NCBI GenBank assembly: GCA_000998275.1
Contig: LCDA01000006.1
Location: 1 to 48,677 of the forward strand
Source: Candidatus Collierbacteria bacterium GW2011_GWA2_42_17
GTDB taxonomy: Bacteria > Patescibacteriota > Microgenomatia > UBA1400 > MFAQ01
DNA: 48,677 nt
Reading direction: 5' to 3'
Below, piece by piece: positions 35,642-44,496 of this stretch (positions are counted from its first letter, which is position 1; each line of letters opens with the position of its first letter). The notes beneath the pieces were generated by a model. It saw only the letters and a list, made by a program, of their open reading frames with translations, ran no database searches and was not told the origin of the DNA. The translations under genes and the position numbers were made by a program.

Positions 35642-36363
35642 AAATAACCGTAGCTATCATTTCAAAATCCGAAAAAATAAACAAATCTGTTCTTGACTCG
35701 GTCAATTTTGCCTCTGAAATAATCATCGTGGTTGACTCACCAGTAAAAAAATCGAAGACAATTGGTAAAACACATTTTTACTATCGACCTCTTAATAACA
35801 ACTTTGCCTCTCAGAGAAACTTTGCCTTAAAAAGGGCAAAAAACAACTGGGTTTTCTTTATCGATGACGACGAGTATGTTGGAACAGAGTTGGCTAGAGA
35901 AATTCAAAGCCTTACTTCAAAAACAAAATACTCTGGATTTATGATCAAAAGAGTTGATGTCTGTTTTCACCAACCCTTTTTATATGGCGAAACAGGTAAC
36001 ACTCGTCTCCTCCATCTCGCCAAAAGAAAACTCGGAAATTTCACCCGACCAGTTCATGAGAATTGGAAAATAAAAGGCATGGTGGGGGAATTATCTTCAC
36101 CTCTTTATCACGTCAAAGACAATTTTATTAGTGAATTTATCAATCGGATGACTCACTATGCCAGCATCGATGCCCATATCTTAACCAAAGAAAATAAACC
36201 CTTTACCTTTTGGCGCCTAATCCTTAATCCAAAAGGCAAATTTATTCAAAACTACATCTTTAAGCTCGGATTTCTTGATGGTACCATCGGTTTATTCTTG
36301 GCCTATCTCATGAGTGTTCAGTCATTAACCGTCCGTATATTTCAATGGACAAAAAGAAATTAA
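35638..36363 (+). CDS. glycosyltransferase family 2 (small, WaaE/KdtX-like)
   Basis: ITVAIISKSE, IIIVVDSP, QRNFALKRAKNNWVFFIDDDEY and a C-terminal TM. Confidence 0.72.
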   Translation: MKITVAIISKSEKINKSVLDSVNFASEIIIVVDSPVKKSKTIGKTHFYYRPLNNNFASQRNFALKRAKNNWVFFIDDDEYVGTELAREIQSLTSKTKYSGFMIKRVDVCFHQPFLYGETGNTRLLHLAKRKLGNFTRPVHENWKIKGMVGELSSPLYHVKDNFISEFINRMTHYASIDAHILTKENKPFTFWRLILNPKGKFIQNYIFKLGFLDGTIGLFLAYLMSVQSLTVRIFQWTKRN

Positions 36364-37673
36364 TACTTCTAGTTTGGGTACCAATAATTCTTCTTGGAGT
36401 TTTAAATTTACTTACGGTGTTTACTCCGGAGATGGGCTTCGATGCCTTATGGTATCACCTCACCCTTCCCAAACTTTGGTTATTTAAACAAAAATGGTTC
36501 TTTGATGGCGGGCTTTTGTATTACTCGGTGATGCCTCGACTCACCGAAACCATTTTTATTCCTTTAATAAAACTCACTGGTTACATCGGCCCAAAGTTTG
36601 TTCAGTATCTCTCCGGTATTGGCATAAGTTTCTTCATTTGGAAAATTTCGACAAAGCTAAACTTATCTACTCTTCTTAAATCCGTTACTATATCTCTTTT
36701 TTACGGCACCTGGTTGGTCAGTTGGCAGTCCGGCAGCGCCTACATTGATTTATTTAGAACTTTTCTTGAAACAGTAGCCCTTTACTTTTTTGTTTCCGGC
36801 TCATGGAAAAAAGGAGGTATTTTTCTTGGGCTAGCTGTTGGTACCAAGTGGCTCTCACTTGGGTCTGTTGCTATTTACGCTGTTGCTTTTGGTCTGCCAC
36901 TTATTCTTCCTGCTCTGCTTCTTTCTCTTCCTTGGTTTATTATCGCTTTCAAATTCACCGGAAACCCCATCTACCCCCTTTTTAGCCCGCTTCTCCACCA
37001 ATCATTTTCGTCAGTAGGAGTAATCATTAAAAATGTTCTTCTTCTTCCGATTACGGTTACCCTTCCCTTTGACGATTTTCTTTCACCACTAATCGGTCTT
37101 CTTGTGGTGTTGACGACAATTTCACTTTTTAGTCGCCATAAATTAATTAAAAAAATTGCCTTAATTGGTCTTCTTGGATCCCTCTTCAGTGTTGTTCTTA
37201 ATCCTCCCTCAAGTCGTTTCCTTTTGCCATATCTTCCAGCACTAATAATATCCTCGGTTTATATCGTTAGCTTATTAAAAGACCCCCTTAGAAATTTATT
37301 TATTTATCTCGTGATTATTTCTTCTCTGATTATTTTTGGCATGAGAATCATTGCTGTCAAAAAATACCTTCCCTTTTTACTCGGTAGAGAAACACAAAAT
37401 GTTTTTCTTACCAAACATGCGACTCGTTTACCGGAGACCTTTATCGATACAGACGACTACGTCGAAAATAATCTTGACGGAAACAGTAAAATACTCATAG
37501 ACAAACTTCATAATCTTTATTATTTTCCCTTCAACTACGACCACACTTCGTGGATAAAGTCATCGGAGGGCTATGACTATCTCATTACGATTGGCACTAA
37601 CCCTTCGGAAATAAAAGCTGAATTGCTCCACACCAACGATATCGGAATTCAAATCTATAAAATCTCAAAATGA
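36345..37673 (+). CDS. polytopic membrane protein, probable GT-C-fold glycosyltransferase (ArnT/PMT-like)
   Basis: About 11 TM segments. The first-loop motif GFDALWYH is reminiscent of the DExxY-type GT-C motif. A soluble C-terminal domain follows. Confidence 0.45.
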   Translation: MDKKKLILLVWVPIILLGVLNLLTVFTPEMGFDALWYHLTLPKLWLFKQKWFFDGGLLYYSVMPRLTETIFIPLIKLTGYIGPKFVQYLSGIGISFFIWKISTKLNLSTLLKSVTISLFYGTWLVSWQSGSAYIDLFRTFLETVALYFFVSGSWKKGGIFLGLAVGTKWLSLGSVAIYAVAFGLPLILPALLLSLPWFIIAFKFTGNPIYPLFSPLLHQSFSSVGVIIKNVLLLPITVTLPFDDFLSPLIGLLVVLTTISLFSRHKLIKKIALIGLLGSLFSVVLNPPSSRFLLPYLPALIISSVYIVSLLKDPLRNLFIYLVIISSLIIFGMRIIAVKKYLPFLLGRETQNVFLTKHATRLPETFIDTDDYVENNLDGNSKILIDKLHNLYYFPFNYDHTSWIKSSEGYDYLITIGTNPSEIKAELLHTNDIGIQIYKISK

Positions 37674-38755
37674 CCTATTTTTTATTACTCCTTACACTTT
37701 ACGTTTGGCCTTTTGGGCAACTACTTTCTTTTTCGGTACCCCAACTTTCCTTCACCTTGTATTTTCTTGACCTGGTGGTGTTTCTAGTCTTTTTATCTCT
37801 CGTATTTTCCAGGAAAAGAAAGGAAATATTTTTGGGATCTATCACCAAGCCCCTCCTTATCTTTTTATCTGTAGCTGCAATTTCATTGGTTTTTAATCTT
37901 AAGCAGGGGATATCTGTCGGGCTTCCTTTATCCTTCTTTTATTTATTAAGACTAATTATTTATCCCTCGTTATTTTTTGCTGCACGTCACGTCGGTATTA
38001 ACAAACTCAAAAACCCTCTACTGATATCTTTGGGAATATTTTCTCTTCTTAGCTTACTTCAATATCTAATTTTTCCGGACATGCGGTATTTAAAAAACCT
38101 TGGATTCGACGATCACTATTTCCGACTGATTGGTTCCTTTTATGATCCCAATTTTACCGGTGCCGTTTTTGCCGGCATCGCCTTATACTTCATCGCCAAG
38201 AACAAACTATTATTTTCCATTCCCTTTGTTGGTTTACTCGCCCTCACCTTTTCCAGAGCTTCATACTTAGTATTTGCTGTCGGTTTAATTTACCTCTTGA
38301 TTACCAACAAAAAAACTAAACTATTATTACTTCTAATCCTCCTGGGTATCATCATCTATCTCACCCCCAAACCCTTTGGTGAAGGAGTCAATCTCTTAAG
38401 AACCTTTTCCATCTTTTCCAGATTTGATAGTTGGAGTCGGGGACTCCGCTTATTTTTTGAAAGGCCGATTTTAGGTTGGGGATACAACACCCTAAGAGGA
38501 ATTGAAAACTCTCGTTTCCAAACGGACAACAGCTTCATCTTTCTACTCGCTACCACTGGCATGGTGGGCTTCTTATTCTTTATTAACCTTCTTAAAAAAC
38601 TTTACCAAACTACGATTGATAACGGAATTAAAATTCTAGCGCTTTCCCTTCTTTTTCATAGTCTCTTCAACAACTCACTCTTCTTCATCTGGATCTTAGC
38701 CCTTTTCTGGTTTACTCTGGGAATTGGTCAAACAAAAATTAAGGCGTATAAATAA
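37670..38755 (+). CDS. O-antigen ligase/polymerase family (Wzy_C) membrane protein
   Basis: Polytopic, with an FSRASYLVF...large loop...GWGYN pattern typical of Wzy_C proteins. Confidence 0.68.
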   Translation: MTYFLLLLTLYVWPFGQLLSFSVPQLSFTLYFLDLVVFLVFLSLVFSRKRKEIFLGSITKPLLIFLSVAAISLVFNLKQGISVGLPLSFFYLLRLIIYPSLFFAARHVGINKLKNPLLISLGIFSLLSLLQYLIFPDMRYLKNLGFDDHYFRLIGSFYDPNFTGAVFAGIALYFIAKNKLLFSIPFVGLLALTFSRASYLVFAVGLIYLLITNKKTKLLLLLILLGIIIYLTPKPFGEGVNLLRTFSIFSRFDSWSRGLRLFFERPILGWGYNTLRGIENSRFQTDNSFIFLLATTGMVGFLFFINLLKKLYQTTIDNGIKILALSLLFHSLFNNSLFFIWILALFWFTLGIGQTKIKAYK

Positions 38756-39428
38756 GCCTAAGTGTTTTTTCTGTCTTGTTCCCGGCAATATCCGAAGCCT
38801 CAATCTTTATAATATTTTCTCCACCTGTTAGCATAAAGCGATGAACGAATGCTCCACTTCTATCAACTAAAACGAAAGAGCCATTGATTAGAACTTGACT
38901 CCCCGTTTTATTTACTTCACCCTTGATATCGATTACTTGATTAATTTTTCCAAAATACTCGCTTCCGTCTTTGGGTGAGGAAACAACCAGCTCAATCGGT
39001 TTATTGTCGTAAGTGATCAAAGTCACCTCAGACATACTTTCATTACCCTTTTCGTCTTTGGCTCGAAGCTGAATTCTATTTTGTCCAGAAATTAAAGTGG
39101 TTTCAAACACAAACGTGCCCGTTTCATCCGCTCTAATAATTTTATCTACTTGATCGTTTAACAGAAGTTCAACACTAGCTCCGGCCTCGGTAAAGCCTTC
39201 AATTGTCAACCTGGCGCTATTGGTTGCATCTGGTATGGCGGAAATTATGGGGGATTGTGGTGGAATGATATCGTTATCCGTATTTATTCTCTGAGCACCA
39301 TTTCCGGCAACTAAGTTCATAAACAAAGGTAGTCCCCATTTGAACATCACAAACACAAAAACCACGGAGAGAAAAATATAGAATCTTGACCGACTCTTTT
39401 TTTGTGATTGTTTATATCTTCCTGTCAT
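38739..39428 (-). CDS. membrane-anchored protein with tandem Ig-like beta domains
   Basis: Basic N-terminus plus a TM, then two about 80-aa repeats (IEGFTEAGASVELLLND... and IKGEVNKTGSQVLINGS...) of bacterial Ig-like character. Confidence 0.5.
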   Translation of the reverse strand: MTGRYKQSQKKSRSRFYIFLSVVFVFVMFKWGLPLFMNLVAGNGAQRINTDNDIIPPQSPIISAIPDATNSARLTIEGFTEAGASVELLLNDQVDKIIRADETGTFVFETTLISGQNRIQLRAKDEKGNESMSEVTLITYDNKPIELVVSSPKDGSEYFGKINQVIDIKGEVNKTGSQVLINGSFVLVDRSGAFVHRFMLTGGENIIKIEASDIAGNKTEKTLRLIYTP

Positions 39429-39462
39429 ATTAATGTTTAGTATAATCCATCCTAGTATATAT

Positions 39463-39533
39463 GCGGGATTAGTACATCGGTAGTACGTATCCTTCCCAAG
39501 GATAAGAGGCCGGTCCGATTCCGGTATCCCGCT
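39463..39533 (+). tRNA. tRNA-Gly (anticodon CCC), CCA not encoded
   Basis: Manual cloverleaf: acceptor GCGGGAT/ATCCCGC with U73 (Gly identity G1-C72, C2-G71, G3-C70), anticodon arm TATCC-TTCCCAA-GGATA, T arm GCCGG-TCCGATT-CCGGT. A TATAAT lies at 39442-39447 upstream. Confidence 0.85.
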
Positions 39534-39567
39534 CCCAAGCAGATTAAAAATTTGTTAAACTAAATGA

Positions 39568-40512
39568 ATGCCCTTGCATATCACGCTATACGTTTTAGGT
39601 TTTATCGGTATTTGGCTTGGAGCCGGCCTGATAATTTCATCGGTTGAAAAGTTTTCTCACAAACTAAAACTTTCCTCATTTTCCGTCTCCTTTCTCATCC
39701 TCGGTTTGTTTACCTCTCTCGGAGAGATTTCAGTAGGAATTACTTCAGTCCTGGACAATGATCCGGAAATCTTTGTGGGTAATTTAATTGGTGCTTCAAT
39801 TGTCCTTTTTACCCTGGTCATTCCCTTACTCGCCATCACGGGTAAAAAAATAAAAATAAATCCCGAGTTTCAAAATTTTAATCTCATCTCCTCCCTTGTT
39901 GTTATTGGTATGCCGGTAATTCTTTCTTTCGATGGCAAAATAGATAGGCTAGATGGAATTATTTCCCTCATTTTATTTGTCTTTGCCGCCGTCTTGATCG
40001 AGTCAAAAAGAGGACTACTCCAAAAACCATCAACGGTTGTTCACCACCACATTTTAAGAGTTGGACCCGAGATCCTCAAAATAGTCGTCGGCGTTCTCAT
40101 TGTCTATTTAAGTAGCAATAGCGTTGTTGAACAAACAATGTATTTTTCTCAAATTCTTAGAATCTCTCCCTTTCTCATTAGTCTTGTCTTGGTTTCACTA
40201 GGAACTAATCTCCCCGAACTCTCCTTAGTGGTCAGAACAGTCTTTTTTAAAGACAAAGAAATTGCCTTTGGCGACTACGTTGGCTCTGCTTCCTACAACA
40301 CTCTTATCTTTGGTGGTCTTACTTTATGGTACGGGAAAACAATCTTCCTTAACAATAGTTACATTATCAGTTTATTGGTTTTAATTATCGGACTTTTTCT
40401 TTTCTATCTCTTTGCCAAAAGCAAAAATACTCTCACCAGGAAGGAAGGCTTTTGTCTTCTTTATCTCTATCTTCTTTTTGTTTATGTAGAGGTCACTCTC
40501 CACGTTGTTTGA
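39568..40512 (+). CDS. Ca2+/Na+ antiporter family (CaCA, YrbG-like) membrane protein
   Basis: Two alpha-repeats: GEISVGITS...GNLIGASIV in the first half and GTNLPELS...GDYVGSASYN in the second. Confidence 0.78.
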   Translation: MPLHITLYVLGFIGIWLGAGLIISSVEKFSHKLKLSSFSVSFLILGLFTSLGEISVGITSVLDNDPEIFVGNLIGASIVLFTLVIPLLAITGKKIKINPEFQNFNLISSLVVIGMPVILSFDGKIDRLDGIISLILFVFAAVLIESKRGLLQKPSTVVHHHILRVGPEILKIVVGVLIVYLSSNSVVEQTMYFSQILRISPFLISLVLVSLGTNLPELSLVVRTVFFKDKEIAFGDYVGSASYNTLIFGGLTLWYGKTIFLNNSYIISLLVLIIGLFLFYLFAKSKNTLTRKEGFCLLYLYLLFVYVEVTLHVV

Positions 40513-40524
40513 CGACATCAAAAT

Positions 40525-41226
40525 TTAAGGGGAAAGAAGCTTTATCAAATCATCGACCACCCAATCTAACTCTCCCGTTTCATTGATAGCGATATATTCT
40601 GCATCGCAAACAAATGGAATATCAATTTCTGTCTGAGCAATTCTCTTATCAACAAATTTTGGATCACCCGATCGATCCAACAATCTTTTTTGTAGTATTT
40701 CGATGGTTGGGGGAACCACAAACACATATATCAAGTTAATTTTGTCAAACATCCATTCTCGTTTTCTCCACATCTCAGAATAAAAACGAGAACCTTTTGG
40801 CTCGATTCTTAGTATAGGAATTTCATAGGTCTCAAAAGCTTTTTCAAAAACGGAAGTCAACGAACAGTAATGATCACCGGCATACTCCACCCACTCGACC
40901 ACATCTCCACCCGCTAAAGCTTTTTGAAAAGCCTCTTCCGTCAATCTAACATAAGTGTCATTTTCTTCGGTTTCATTCGGTCGTCTGCCGCGTGTAGTAC
41001 ATGTCCTGACCCAACCAAACCGGTTATCTCTATCAATAAGCGCTTGAGTAATTGTATCTTTCCCAGCTCCAGACAAACCTCCAATAATAAGAAGAGTCAT
41101 CTTTTTTCCGTCAGCATCTTTTTTTTGTTCTTCAATGCGGGAGAGCAATCCATAAATCGTCTCAGTCACCTGAACCAAATCGTTTTTATCTTCGACAAAA
41201 CTATGTAAATACTCAGGGAACTTCAT
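40525..41226 (-). CDS. gmk: guanylate kinase-like P-loop kinase with a ~45-aa N-terminal extension
   Basis: P-loop GGLSGAGKDT, and TCTTRGRRPNETEENDTYVRLTEEAF, which matches the Gmk TTR-x-R-x-E-x-G-x-Y-x-F pattern. Confidence 0.7.
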   Translation of the reverse strand: MKFPEYLHSFVEDKNDLVQVTETIYGLLSRIEEQKKDADGKKMTLLIIGGLSGAGKDTITQALIDRDNRFGWVRTCTTRGRRPNETEENDTYVRLTEEAFQKALAGGDVVEWVEYAGDHYCSLTSVFEKAFETYEIPILRIEPKGSRFYSEMWRKREWMFDKINLIYVFVVPPTIEILQKRLLDRSGDPKFVDKRIAQTEIDIPFVCDAEYIAINETGELDWVVDDLIKLLSP

Positions 41227-41295
41227 ATAACCAAGTATAGATGGTTAAGTTCAATATGCATATTGTATATTTTAAAGAGTCATAATAAACTTGGT

Positions 41296-41313
41296 GTGTA
41301 ATATCAATTACAC
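41296..41313. repeat. perfect inverted repeat GTGTAAT-ATCA-ATTACAC (operator-like)
   Basis: 7-bp arms with a 4-bp spacer, ending 1 nt before the ATG at 41315, in the divergent intergenic region. It shares the TGTAAT-N4-ATTACA core with 18721-18738. Confidence 0.45.
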
Positions 41314-41314
41314 T

Positions 41315-41914
41315 ATGAACTTCATCTTCGTTTTGGTATTTTCACTTTTGGTTACGGTTTCTGTTGGAACGCTAGTAAAAAGAGTAAACTTTCAAAAAAA
41401 ATCCGAACTTGTTTCACCCCTTGTCGTCGATACGAATATTACCCCGCAGCCAGAAATAATGGGCTCAAAAAGTAACTCCTCCGTTTTTGGTTGGCCAACT
41501 TTTATTAATAACTATTATGGTTACAAAATAAAGCATCCCTTGGATGTTTCTATCAAAAATAGAAAAAACGGAAACATCGACCTACAAAAATCGGGATCTA
41601 TAAATTTATCAATTACCCAGGACATTCTCGCCGAAAACGACACCGTCAACACCATGATTGAAAAAGCGATTACCAAAAGGAAAAACGAGTTAAAAGACAA
41701 ATTCACTCTTGTTAATTCTATTTCTCCCATTGCCTTGGGTTCTGTAACCGCCCAAACTTATACTTCATCGGAAAACGAAAAAAACATTACTTATTACTAT
41801 ATTCCCAGAGAAGATAATAAATATCTCCTGGTGATTAACCAAACGCCAAGTAACAATAATGCTGACTATCTAATCTCGGAAGATATTATTTACTCTCTGG
41901 AATTTATACCTTAA
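41315..41914 (+). CDS. hypothetical secreted/anchored protein
   Basis: MNFIFVLVFSLLVTVSVGTLV signal-anchor. I recognise no family. I chose the ATG at 41315 over the TTG at 41291. Confidence 0.55.
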   Translation: MNFIFVLVFSLLVTVSVGTLVKRVNFQKKSELVSPLVVDTNITPQPEIMGSKSNSSVFGWPTFINNYYGYKIKHPLDVSIKNRKNGNIDLQKSGSINLSITQDILAENDTVNTMIEKAITKRKNELKDKFTLVNSISPIALGSVTAQTYTSSENEKNITYYYIPREDNKYLLVINQTPSNNNADYLISEDIIYSLEFIP

Positions 41915-41924
41915 ACAGCCTTAA

Positions 41925-42644
41925 TTGGTTTACAATAGTTCCGTGGCAAGTTTTTCCTATCGAATCCTACGAAAAAAAGGTATTGCCTCCAATGCCTCTA
42001 TAACAGTGTCTGCAGAAAGAGGGGTTGTTGTGAGGGCACCTTTTTGGATGCCCAAAGGAATTATTGAAAATTTTATTCAAGAAAAGTCGCTCTGGATTGA
42101 AAAGCATCTTGAACGTCTAAGTCTAAAAAAAATAACCAAACATTACTTCGAAGGAGAAAAACACCTTTATTTTGGAAAGGAATACTCTCTATCCATAGTA
42201 ACTACAAGGACACCCGGAAGAAGCAAGATCTCGCTGTTGGAAGACACCATCCAGGTAGAGTTATACGAAGGCTTGCCAAAAGAAAAACACCCCGAAAAAA
42301 TTGAAGAGGCTCTGTTGTACTGGTATTTGGAAAAGGGTATCGAAACTATTACCGAGAAAGTGAACTACTACTCACAGGAAATTGGGGTTGAGTACCAAAA
42401 AATAAATCTAAAAAAAGTCTCGTCAATCTGGGGCAGTTGTTCCCCCACAAACTGTTTAAGTTTCAATAGGAAACTCGTTATGGCTCCCCACGAGATAGTT
42501 GATTATGTTGTAATTCACGAAGTTGCACACATGGTGCATCGCAATCATGGTTCCGGCTTTTGGAATTTGGTCAAAAGCTTCGATCCACAATATAAATACC
42601 ATCGAAGATGGCTCAAGCTTAATCACCATCTTCTCTCTATCTAA
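41925..42644 (+). CDS. YgjP-like metal-dependent hydrolase (DUF45/M48 family)
   Basis: WGSCS...LSFNRKL...DYVVIHEVAHMVHRNHGSGFW (HExxH). TTG start. Confidence 0.85.
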   Translation: MVYNSSVASFSYRILRKKGIASNASITVSAERGVVVRAPFWMPKGIIENFIQEKSLWIEKHLERLSLKKITKHYFEGEKHLYFGKEYSLSIVTTRTPGRSKISLLEDTIQVELYEGLPKEKHPEKIEEALLYWYLEKGIETITEKVNYYSQEIGVEYQKINLKKVSSIWGSCSPTNCLSFNRKLVMAPHEIVDYVVIHEVAHMVHRNHGSGFWNLVKSFDPQYKYHRRWLKLNHHLLSI

Positions 42645-42666
42645 TATCCCTTATCCTTTCCAAATC

Positions 42667-43002
42667 ATGGCCATCATCAAAAACCTCTCCCAGAATAAGA
42701 CTTTAACCAAAACAGCAAAAGTTGCTACCTCTTTCTCCGATCGTTTGCTAGGCTTACTCAACCCTCACAACCCTCGTTATTTAATCTTCAAAACTCACTT
42801 CGGTATCCACACCTTCTTTATGAATGAGTCCATCGATGTTTTGCTTCTAGATAACGAACATAGAGTTATCAAAGCTGAAGAAAACCTAAAACCCTTTAAG
42901 CTATTTCTTTATCATCCTCGGTTTTCCACTGTTATTGAAATGCCCAAAGGCACCATCCAAAAAAATCATCCCCGTATAAATGATAAAATTTCTATTGAAT
43001 GA
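42667..43002 (+). CDS. DUF192 domain protein
   Basis: SFSDRLLGLL...GIHTFFMNESIDVLLLDNEHRVI matches the DUF192 (COG1430) pattern. I chose the ATG at 42667. Confidence 0.72.
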   Translation: MAIIKNLSQNKTLTKTAKVATSFSDRLLGLLNPHNPRYLIFKTHFGIHTFFMNESIDVLLLDNEHRVIKAEENLKPFKLFLYHPRFSTVIEMPKGTIQKNHPRINDKISIE

Positions 43003-43637
43003 AATCCGGTAAATGGCGGCGTCTACTTAATCGCCAAAACACAATTCTTTTTCTTTTTATTATCGTTAGTCTAATTTGCACCTCCGTTCCCTATTTTAAG
43101 TTTGATCTTCTAATCTCCGAAAAGATTCAAAGTATCAACTCGGTAGTATTTCAAAAAATTATGTGGTTTGTTTCCTCTATCGGGAATCAGCCCTTTATGA
43201 TTCTTATCGTTGCGACTCTTAGCTTTTTACTTTATCTATTTAAATTTCGTGCCGAAGCGGTTATTAGTTCCTTGTCTGCTGCGGGGAGCGCCCTGTCCGG
43301 GTCATTGATTAAGACACTTGTTGACCGTCCGCGACCCGACGCCGGTCTCGTCAACGTCTCTGTGTGGTTGTCAGACAAAAGTTATCCCAGCAATCACGTA
43401 CTGGTATTTACTGTCTATTTTGGTTTCCTACTTTATTTTTTAATGAAAAGACCCAAGAGGAAATTAAAGGGAACTATTTTACTTATTATCTTTGTTCTTC
43501 TCATTGCTTCAATCGGCATTTCTCGAATCTATTTGGGTGCTCACTGGGCTAGTGATGTTCTCGGTGGTTACCTTTTAGGAGTTCTATGGTTAATTTTAAC
43601 CATTTGGTTCTATAATTCGTACCATGGCAAAAGATAA
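42999..43637 (+). CDS. PAP2-family lipid phosphatase (undecaprenyl-diphosphatase-like)
   Basis: The three PAP2 motifs KTLVDRPRP, SYPSNH and SRIYLGAHWASDVLGG. ATGA overlap with DUF192. Confidence 0.85.
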   Translation: MKSGKWRRLLNRQNTILFLFIIVSLICTSVPYFKFDLLISEKIQSINSVVFQKIMWFVSSIGNQPFMILIVATLSFLLYLFKFRAEAVISSLSAAGSALSGSLIKTLVDRPRPDAGLVNVSVWLSDKSYPSNHVLVFTVYFGFLLYFLMKRPKRKLKGTILLIIFVLLIASIGISRIYLGAHWASDVLGGYLLGVLWLILTIWFYNSYHGKR

Positions 43638-44496
43638 ATACACGGCGATATGGATTTCACACACCTCAATCAATGACTATCTCAAATGTCCCAGAGCCTA
43701 TTTTCTAAAAAACGTTTATAAAGATCCCACCACCGGCCACAAAATTCAAATAATGACTCCGTCACTGGCTCTTGGTCAGGCAGTTCACGAAGTCATAGAC
43801 TCTCTGTCCGGTATCCCAACTTCGTCAAGAATGGATGAATCATTGGTTCTTAAGTTTGACAAAGTCTGGGAAAAATTTTCTGGAGAAAAGGGAGGCTTTG
43901 TTGGTGTCGGAGATGAGCACAAGTTTAAAGAAAGAGGCAAGGCGATGCTCAGACGTGTTATGGATAATCCGGGTCCGATCGGAAAACTTGCCGTAAAAAT
44001 CCAACAGGAACTTCCTCACTACTGGATTTCTGAAGATGAAAATATCGTCCTTTGCGGGAAGGTTGACTGGCTCGAATATGATGAAGCCTCCGACTCGGTT
44101 CATATCATCGACTTCAAAACAGGCAAAAAGAAGGAGGAAGAAGACTCTCTCCAGCTTCCCCTCTACCATCTTCTTGTTCATCACTGTCAAAAGAGACCGG
44201 TAACTCAAGCTAGTTACTGGTACCTCGAAACCGATGATAAACCCACGCAAAAATTATTACCGGATTTAAAAGAAGCTCACAGCAGGGTAATCGAGATCGG
44301 CAGAAGAATAAAGTTAGCCAGAAAACTCGAAAAGTTCGACTGTCCCGAAGATAGAAATGGTTGTATTCACTGCCGTCCGATGGAAAAAATACTAAAAGGG
44401 GAGGGGACTCTTGTAGACTCGAACTCGCAAAGAGATATCTATATCCTTCCTCGCAATGAAGTAGTGGAAGAGGAAACGGATAGTATTATTCTTTAG
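43624..44496 (+). CDS. Cas4/RecB-like PD-(D/E)XK nuclease with a 4-Cys cluster
   Basis: N-terminal Cys (YLKCPRAYF), a nuclease core GKVDWLEYD...IIDFKTGK, QLPLYHLL, and C-terminal CPEDRNGCIHC. Overlaps the PAP2 gene by 14 nt. Confidence 0.78.
   Translation: MAKDKYTAIWISHTSINDYLKCPRAYFLKNVYKDPTTGHKIQIMTPSLALGQAVHEVIDSLSGIPTSSRMDESLVLKFDKVWEKFSGEKGGFVGVGDEHKFKERGKAMLRRVMDNPGPIGKLAVKIQQELPHYWISEDENIVLCGKVDWLEYDEASDSVHIIDFKTGKKKEEEDSLQLPLYHLLVHHCQKRPVTQASYWYLETDDKPTQKLLPDLKEAHSRVIEIGRRIKLARKLEKFDCPEDRNGCIHCRPMEKILKGEGTLVDSNSQRDIYILPRNEVVEEETDSIIL

Noticed and set aside
26179-39462. tRNA-targeted integrative element (genomic island with att sites).
   Set aside because: There is no integrase gene, and I could not find a direct repeat of either tRNA 3' end at the opposite boundary by eye. 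I kept it only as a compositionally patchy variable glycan region, not as a mobile element.
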